Positions 6,201-11,024 of a stretch of DNA of 11,024 nt are shown here, in pieces. Position numbers and translations under genes: made by a program. The DNA is from an uncultured Planctomycetia bacterium (GTDB lineage: Bacteria; Omnitrophota; Gorgyraeia; 2-02-FULL-51-18). The stretch spans positions 1 to 11,024 of the forward strand of contig CAZDBQ010000121.1 in NCBI GenBank assembly GCA_964503765.1, written 5' to 3'. The first letter of the stretch is position 1. Every line of letters starts with the position of its first letter. The notes under the pieces were generated by a model. The model was not told where the DNA came from, searched no databases, and worked only from the letters and a program-made list of their open reading frames with translations.

Positions 6201-6433
6201 TCACTCCGCTTGAGGTCGAACAAATAATTTTAGCGGCGCTGCCGGATTCTACCGTTGAGGTTCGTGACATGACGGGAACGTCGGACCATTTTGACATTCT
6301 CGTGGTCTCAAAGGTTTTCGCCGGTAAGCCGCTGATGGAGCAGCATAAAATTATTTTCGCGATTCTCGATAAGGAAATGAAAGACCGCATTCACGCGGTG
6401 CAGATAAAAACAAAGGTGCCGAAAAATGACTAA
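6197..6433 (+). CDS. BolA-family protein (BolA/IbaG-like)
   Basis: MITPLEVEQIILAALPDSTVEVRDMTGTSDHFDILVVSKVFAGKPLMEQHKIIFAILDKEMKDRIHAVQIKTKVP matches the BolA pattern (LEVxDES..HF.V.VVS..F.G....RHR.V...L....IHA....T.TP). The TTG start overlaps the pckG stop codon, and the gene sits immediately upstream of a monothiol glutaredoxin, the conserved BolA-Grx pairing. Confidence 0.72.
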   Translation: MITPLEVEQIILAALPDSTVEVRDMTGTSDHFDILVVSKVFAGKPLMEQHKIIFAILDKEMKDRIHAVQIKTKVPKND

Positions 6434-6740
6434 CCCAACCATTGAACGCATTGAAAAAGAAATCAAGTCACACAAAGTCGTATTGTTCGTGAAAGGCACT
6501 CCCGAGGCCCCTCAGTGCGGTTTCTCGGCGGCCACGATGGAGCTTTTTAAGGAATTAAACGTCCCTTTTCATTCTGTGGACATTCTCGCCAGTCCGGATA
6601 TCCGGATGACGATGCCCGAATATTCTCATTGGCCGACCTTTCCCCAGATTTTTATCGATGGAAAGCTGGTGGGGGGATGCGACATCGTGCATGAGATGCG
6701 GGATAGCGGGGAACTGCAAAAACTTCTACATATTTCGTAA
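6426..6740 (+). CDS. grxD: monothiol glutaredoxin (Grx4/GrxD type, CGFS active site)
   Basis: ...KVVLFVKGTPEAPQCGFSAATMELFKELNVPFHSVDILASPDIRMTMPEYSHWPTFPQIFIDGKLVGGCDIVHEM... contains the CGFS motif. SD AAGGTG at 6413-6418 lies 7 nt before ATG 6426. The start overlaps the end of the bolA-like gene. Confidence 0.9.
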   Translation: MTNPTIERIEKEIKSHKVVLFVKGTPEAPQCGFSAATMELFKELNVPFHSVDILASPDIRMTMPEYSHWPTFPQIFIDGKLVGGCDIVHEMRDSGELQKLLHIS

Positions 6741-8702
6741 CTGTTTTTCCGCGTCAACCAAGTCGCGGTTAATTTTTTGTTGGGCGTTCTTAGCTGTCTC
6801 GCGTAGCTTTTGGGAGACTTGCGGGGCCTGTTTCAACTGCCTTAAAAGCTGTATCACCATCCTAAAGTAACGAATAATCTCGCCTTCATCAACATCCGTA
6901 TGCCGGCCCAACTCCTCGAAAGTGCAACCGCCGATCCACGCCTCAAGGGCCCTTGCCAGATGAAAATGAGATTGTTTGGTGAGAGGGTAAATTTTAAGAT
7001 TGGCCTCTTTCAGCTGTATTTTTCTTAACGTGTGGGCCGCTTTCTTTTCAATGGCCTCAAGATTGTGCGGAAGTTTTGGGCATTCCTGCTTTTTCCTGGG
7101 TTCAAACACAAGCGCCGACAGTAATACGGATAGCTTCACTTCATCCAGCGTTTCCAGATAGCCTTCTTCAAGCATTTCAGAAAGCAAGAGCTCGTAGCCA
7201 TACATCCAGGAAGCGAACTCGCCTTTTAGGGCAAGACCCTCGCTTGTCAGGTGCCCCAGATCCCTCAAAAGCGCGAGCTTCTTTTCAATCGCCGCGACCC
7301 CTTTTTCCCGGCCTTTTTTATTGGACTGAAAATAGTGAAAGGATCTTGGGTAAATGTCGATTAGTTTAGAACCGAACTGCGCGTACAGGTTGAGCAGGGT
7401 AGCGTAGCAGGAGTTGAACTGGCTCTCGATAGGTTCCGGATTTCCGTAGATCATTCGGTAGACGGCGGGAAACGGTATCTGGTGAGGATTGATTCGGGAG
7501 TATACAAAACCCACGGTATCAATGCCCCGGCGCCCGGCCCGTCCGGCCATCTGGAAGTAATCTCTTGTTCTTAAGTTGGCAAAACCGGTGCCGTAAAATT
7601 TCCGCAGTTCGTCAAACACAACGGTTTTGGCCGGCATGTTGATGCCGAGGGCAAACGTTTCCGTAGTGAAGATGAACTTGATGAGTTTTGAGGTGAAGAG
7701 CTGTTCCACGACTTCTTTTAGCGTGGGAAGCATGCCGGCATGGTGGAAGGCGATTCCATTGACAACGAGGCGCTTCATGTTCGCTGCGCTTGATTCGTTC
7801 GTAAGATCAAAACGTTCGCACAATTTTTGATAAAGAGACTCGACCTCATTTTTTTCTGCGGCGTTGAGGAAATCAAACCGTCCCACTTCCCAGGCCAGCT
7901 CCTCAGTTCTTTTTCTTCCAAATGAGAAATAAAGGCACGGGAGCTGTTTTTCCTTAACGATGTGGCGAATAAGCTCATCGGTGCGGTTGGGCTTGGCTCT
8001 GAGGAGATGGTCAAAGTTCCGTCGGGAGAAGCGGTCCCTCCGATGGCCGCCGCCGAAACGCGGGTTTCCCCCTGAGGGCCAGAGCTCGCGGTTCAAGTAG
8101 CCGTCTTTTTTTAGAGCTCGTGGGTCACTCAGAATAGTACCCTGACACTGGAAGAGATGCGTTAGGGGTACCGGCCGGTGGGTTTCAATGATCACTTCGA
8201 TGGAGTGGTGCAGAATACTCCGGATCCATTCGGCCAATTCTTCAATGTTGGGCGCGGTCTCGGACAGAGCCAGAAAGCGGACTTGTTCCGGCGAAAACAT
8301 GATGGCTTCTTCCCACACGGTTCCGCGTTCGATATCATCCAGGTAGTGGACTTCGTCAAAAATTACCCAGGAGGTGTTCTTGAGGCGTTCAGGATCCTCG
8401 AAAAGCTGGTTACGATAAATCTCTGTGGTCATGATAACGATGGGCGCGTGGGTGTTGATCGTCACGTCACCGGTTAAAAGCCCTACCTGATCGGGGTAAA
8501 GCGCTGAGAAGTCCCTGTATTTTTGATTGCTGAGCGCTTTGATGGGAGAGGTATAGATGATGCGTTCGCCCCGCGCGAGCGCTTTGTTGATGGCGTATTC
8601 GGCAATGGCGGTTTTTCCGGCGCCGGTGGGGGCGGAAACGAGAACGGACTTCTCTAAGTCGATCGCCTCAATGGCTTTTTGTTGAAATGGGTCGGATTGC
8701 AT
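6726..8702 (-). CDS. SF2 DEVH-box helicase, Ski2/HelY-like (DEAD/DEAH box helicase domain protein)
   Basis: The sequence shows the Q-motif region (FQQKAIEAI), motif I (SAPTGAGKT), motif Ia (TSPIKALSNQK), motif II (FDEVHY, DEVH box) and motif III-like LSET. The helicase C-terminal domain contains ...HHAGMLP...FTTETFALGINMPA...QMAGRAGRRG... (motif VI). At 658 aa it is shorter than actinobacterial HelY. Its 3' end overlaps grxD by 15 nt (convergent). Confidence 0.85.
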   Translation of the reverse strand: MQSDPFQQKAIEAIDLEKSVLVSAPTGAGKTAIAEYAINKALARGERIIYTSPIKALSNQKYRDFSALYPDQVGLLTGDVTINTHAPIVIMTTEIYRNQLFEDPERLKNTSWVIFDEVHYLDDIERGTVWEEAIMFSPEQVRFLALSETAPNIEELAEWIRSILHHSIEVIIETHRPVPLTHLFQCQGTILSDPRALKKDGYLNRELWPSGGNPRFGGGHRRDRFSRRNFDHLLRAKPNRTDELIRHIVKEKQLPCLYFSFGRKRTEELAWEVGRFDFLNAAEKNEVESLYQKLCERFDLTNESSAANMKRLVVNGIAFHHAGMLPTLKEVVEQLFTSKLIKFIFTTETFALGINMPAKTVVFDELRKFYGTGFANLRTRDYFQMAGRAGRRGIDTVGFVYSRINPHQIPFPAVYRMIYGNPEPIESQFNSCYATLLNLYAQFGSKLIDIYPRSFHYFQSNKKGREKGVAAIEKKLALLRDLGHLTSEGLALKGEFASWMYGYELLLSEMLEEGYLETLDEVKLSVLLSALVFEPRKKQECPKLPHNLEAIEKKAAHTLRKIQLKEANLKIYPLTKQSHFHLARALEAWIGGCTFEELGRHTDVDEGEIIRYFRMVIQLLRQLKQAPQVSQKLRETAKNAQQKINRDLVDAEKQLRNM

Positions 8703-8724
8703 CGAGGCAATTATAACGTCAGAC

Positions 8725-8756
8725 TTGTGAGTTTACTAGCTAAATATGGTATAAAT
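8725..8756 (+). promoter_or_regulatory. candidate promoter for the amidase gene with an extended -10 (TGgTATAAA 8747-8755; possible -35 TTGTGA 8725-8730)
   Basis: The TGn-TATAAA extended -10 was read directly. The spacing to TTGTGA is 19 nt, which is long. The site lies in a 62-bp divergent intergenic region between the helicase start (8702, minus strand) and the amidase start (8765, plus strand). No SD precedes ATG 8765. Confidence 0.3.
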
Positions 8757-8764
8757 ACTGATTA

Positions 8765-9802
8765 ATGAAAAAAATCTACGTTCTAATCCTGATTTTACTT
8801 TTGGTATCCGCGTTTCCAGCCGCGGCTGCCGGGGGTCCGCCCACTGTCCTGATCCAGGGAGTCGCTTATATCCCGATCAATTCCTTTTCACAGGTGAGGG
8901 GATTCCAATACCAGTGGGACCCGCTGCTTAAAAACGTGACGGTCAGTGGCTCCGGCGGGTCTGTCAAATTTCATGTCGGAAGTGAGTATATTTTGACCCA
9001 GGGAAGAATGTTTAAGTTGAAAGAGAAGGTGCGCTATTTTGAGGGATCCGTGGTGGCCCCCGCGTCAGCCACGGAACATTTAAATAGACTCACGCCGGTC
9101 AGGGATTTAATGGCTCCGACGCGGTATCTAACCCCCCGAGTTTTTAGTAAATTTTTTAAGGTCGTGATAGACCCGGGCCACGGGGGCAGGGATTTTGGCG
9201 CGATTAGCCCATGGGGTACCCAAGAAAAGGATCTTGTGCTTGCCGTGTCAAAGCTCGTCCAGAGACGGTTCCAGCAGTACGGGATAGAAGTGATCATGAC
9301 ACGAAGCTCCGATGTGTTTATTCCGCTTGAGGGCCGTTCGTACATCGCCAACGACAAAGAAGCGGATCTATTTGTCAGTATCCACGCGAACGCCTCGACT
9401 AGCGATTCCCTTCAGGGTTTTGAGGTTTATTACTTGTCAGCGGCCGCCGACAGTGAGGCCGGCGCTTTTGGGCGCGGCGGAAATTCTATGGGAGAGGCTA
9501 TTTATTGGGATATGCGAAATTCTGAAAATCGGAGAGAATCGGCACGGATGGCGAATTTTATTACGGATTCCGTTGAGAAATCAGTTGAGATTTCAAACCG
9601 TCGTATCAAGGCCGCTGGTTTCCAGGTTCTTAAAAGGACGGAGTGTCCGGCGGTGTTGGTGGAGATGGGGTATCTCACCAACGTCGAAGATGAGGAAAAA
9701 TTAAAAAGCCCCCTCTATCAGGATAAGCTAGCTCGGGCGATTGTAGACGGGGTGTTAAATTACAGGGCCGCGTTTGAGAAAAAGGACGAGGTTCCTCAAT
9801 GA
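8765..9802 (+). CDS. N-acetylmuramoyl-L-alanine amidase (Amidase_3 family, AmiA/AmiC-like) with a signal peptide and an N-terminal beta-rich domain
   Basis: A signal peptide (MKKIYVLILILLLVSAFPAAAAG) is followed by Amidase_3 signatures (VVIDPGHGGRDFGA ... DLFVSIHANAS ... FQVLKRTECPAVLVEMGYLTN). The 345-aa length is in the usual range. Confidence 0.85.
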   Translation: MKKIYVLILILLLVSAFPAAAAGGPPTVLIQGVAYIPINSFSQVRGFQYQWDPLLKNVTVSGSGGSVKFHVGSEYILTQGRMFKLKEKVRYFEGSVVAPASATEHLNRLTPVRDLMAPTRYLTPRVFSKFFKVVIDPGHGGRDFGAISPWGTQEKDLVLAVSKLVQRRFQQYGIEVIMTRSSDVFIPLEGRSYIANDKEADLFVSIHANASTSDSLQGFEVYYLSAAADSEAGAFGRGGNSMGEAIYWDMRNSENRRESARMANFITDSVEKSVEISNRRIKAAGFQVLKRTECPAVLVEMGYLTNVEDEEKLKSPLYQDKLARAIVDGVLNYRAAFEKKDEVPQ

Positions 9803-10608
9803 ATCAGCCGATCGGTATATTTGATTCGGGCATCGGGGGCCTCACGGTCTTAAAGGAAATCCGGCGCGAAGTTCCCCAGGAAGATATTGTTTATTTCGGC
9901 GATACCGCGCATCTTCCCTATGGCACAAAATCCAAAGAGACGATCACTAAATTTTCCATAGACAACGTCAAGTTTCTCCAGGATTTTGACACCAAGATTG
10001 TCGTGGTGGCCTGCAATACAGCTTCATCGCTGAGCCTGGACGCGCTGAAAGAAACTTTTTCGATGCCTATCATCGGCGTCATCGAGCCGGGCGCCAAACA
10101 GGCGCTGGCCAAAACCAAAAATGGGCGGATCGGAGTGATTGGAACCAAGGCTACGATTGGGAGTGGTTCTTACGAAGCTGTTTTAAAGCGCCTGGACGCG
10201 GGCGTTAAGGTTTACAGTGAGGCGTGCCCCTTGTTTGTCCCTTTTGTTGAAGAAGGCTGGCTCGACGGCGATGTAGTCTCCAAGGTGGCCCACGTTTATC
10301 TGGATAATCTTAAGTCCTTCGGAATTGACACGCTGATCTTGGGTTGCACGCACTACCCGCTTTTAAACCATGTCATCCAGAAAACTATCGGGGATAAAGT
10401 GGCGCTTGTTAATTCCGCTGAAGAAACCGCCAAGGAGGCGCGTTCGCTTCTTCAACGGCTTGAGCTTGTGTCCAGCAAATCCAGCGATGATCAGGAAACA
10501 AGGTTTTACGTTTCGGATGAGCCAGAACAGTTTCGGGTCCTGGGAGAACGGTTCCTTGGCCGCTCGATCCATTCAGTGGCGAAGGTGGGGGACCATGTAC
10601 GAAGTTGA
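9799..10608 (+). CDS. murI: glutamate racemase
   Basis: IGIFDSGIGGLTVLKEI...VYFGDTAHLPYGTKS...VVVACNTAS...ILGCTHYPLL are canonical MurI motifs. The ATG overlaps the amidase stop (ATGA), and SD-like AGGACGAGG lies upstream. Confidence 0.92.
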   Translation: MNQPIGIFDSGIGGLTVLKEIRREVPQEDIVYFGDTAHLPYGTKSKETITKFSIDNVKFLQDFDTKIVVVACNTASSLSLDALKETFSMPIIGVIEPGAKQALAKTKNGRIGVIGTKATIGSGSYEAVLKRLDAGVKVYSEACPLFVPFVEEGWLDGDVVSKVAHVYLDNLKSFGIDTLILGCTHYPLLNHVIQKTIGDKVALVNSAEETAKEARSLLQRLELVSSKSSDDQETRFYVSDEPEQFRVLGERFLGRSIHSVAKVGDHVRS

Positions 10609-10969
10609 AGTGCAGGACGAATTTTCAGCCGCCCACTTTCTGAAACTCTACGATGGCTCCTGGGAGAATCGTCACGGACATAATTGGAAAGTGGCTGTGG
10701 TGATGCGGTCGGAGAAGCTAGACTCGATGGGCGTGGTGGTCGATTTCGAAGCCCTTAAGCCTTCTCTTAAAAAAGTGTTAGCCGAATTTCACCACACCTC
10801 CTTTAACGATCATCCCGATTTTAAAAACGGAAAACTCAATCCCTCAACTGAAAATATCGCTAAGACCATCTGTGAGCGCCTTAGCCAGCATCTTAAATCA
10901 AGCAACGCCAAAATCGTCAAGGTGACGGTTTGGGAAACTGCGGACGCGAGCGCTACTTATTATGCCTAA
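10595..10969 (+). CDS. 6-pyruvoyl-tetrahydropterin synthase / QueD-family protein, probably the PTPS-III type (Glu-x-x-His-Gly-His motif)
   Basis: MYEVEVQDEFSAAHFLKLYDGSWENRHGHNWKVAVVMRSEKLDSMGVVVDFEALK... carries the family signatures (F.AAH.L, HGHN, VV.DF..LK) in a 124-aa product. The ATG is preceded by AGGTGGGGG, and the gene overlaps the murI 3' end by 14 nt. The zinc-ligand motif reads E-N-R-H-G-H rather than the C-x3-HGH of QueD. The ORF track's longer form, starting at 10370, lies in another frame relative to murI and was not used. Confidence 0.8.
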   Translation: MYEVEVQDEFSAAHFLKLYDGSWENRHGHNWKVAVVMRSEKLDSMGVVVDFEALKPSLKKVLAEFHHTSFNDHPDFKNGKLNPSTENIAKTICERLSQHLKSSNAKIVKVTVWETADASATYYA

Positions 10970-11024
10970 GCTGACAGACAAACACATAGAAACAGAGATT
11001 AGTGAGATTTTTTCATCGCTTCAG

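Noticed and set aside
7076-8477. Plus-strand ORFs 7076..7369, 7627..7830 and 8178..8477 antisense to the helicase gene, and minus-strand ORF 7775..8014 in an alternative frame of it
   Set aside because: They are antisense or alternative frames within a 658-aa helicase that has all the SF2 motifs. They have no start-site context or domain.
9034-9704. ORFs 9034..9357 (-) and 9312..9704 (+) overlapping the amidase gene
   Set aside because: They are alternative frames inside a gene with clear Amidase_3 motifs. The translations are Arg-rich and not credible.
10370-10594. Long upstream extension of the PTPS/QueD-family ORF (ORF track start at 10370)
   Set aside because: The extension lies in a different frame within the murI coding region and has no homology. 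The conserved family N-terminus begins at ATG 10595, which has a proper SD.
1-11024. Looked for CRISPR arrays, rRNA, tRNA genes and Rho-independent terminators
   Set aside because: I saw no spaced direct repeats and no rRNA-like stretches. The only tRNA-like T-arm or acceptor is the tmRNA. No GC-rich hairpin followed by a U-tract follows any gene. Several genes overlap or converge instead.

Overview
This window looks like a housekeeping segment of a bacterial chromosome. It has about 50% GC, some genes with strong Shine-Dalgarno (SD) sites (AGGAGG-like) and others with none, and two TTG start codons. A long tmRNA tag ending in RLAA and a GTP-dependent PEP carboxykinase loosely suggest a PVC/Chlamydiae-like lineage.

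Gene order, 5' to 3':
- smpB, immediately followed by a one-piece tmRNA (ssrA)
- a stand-alone tandem-ACT protein
- a stomatin-like SPFH/band-7 membrane protein
- oligoribonuclease (orn)
- a compact ArfB/ICT1-family GGQ peptidyl-tRNA hydrolase
- a secreted TPR protein on the minus strand
- GTP-dependent PEP carboxykinase (pckG)
- a BolA-like protein and monothiol glutaredoxin (CGFS)
- a DEVH-box Ski2/HelY-like helicase on the minus strand
- a cell-wall amidase (Amidase_3)
- glutamate racemase (murI)
- a QueD/PTPS-family protein whose catalytic Cys is replaced by a Glu-x-x-HGH motif (PTPS-III-like)

I found no rRNA, tRNA or CRISPR, and no obvious intrinsic terminators.

The most unusual object is a 269-bp element between orn and the ArfB-like gene (2802-3070). 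It is bounded by a perfect 26-bp terminal inverted repeat. Its interior contains three further perfect 9-10-bp complementary block pairs in an interleaved order, a purine-rich super-SD tract, and a 61-codon ORF with no recognisable protein features. It could be a MITE-like insertion, an invertible DNA switch, or a highly structured RNA; the sequence alone cannot decide.

Other points worth a second look:
- Three ribosome-rescue components (smpB, ssrA, an ArfB-like protein) lie within 3 kb.
- The predicted tmRNA tag is unusually long.
- Promoter-like hexamers abut the start codons of smpB and pckG, so their transcripts may be leaderless.
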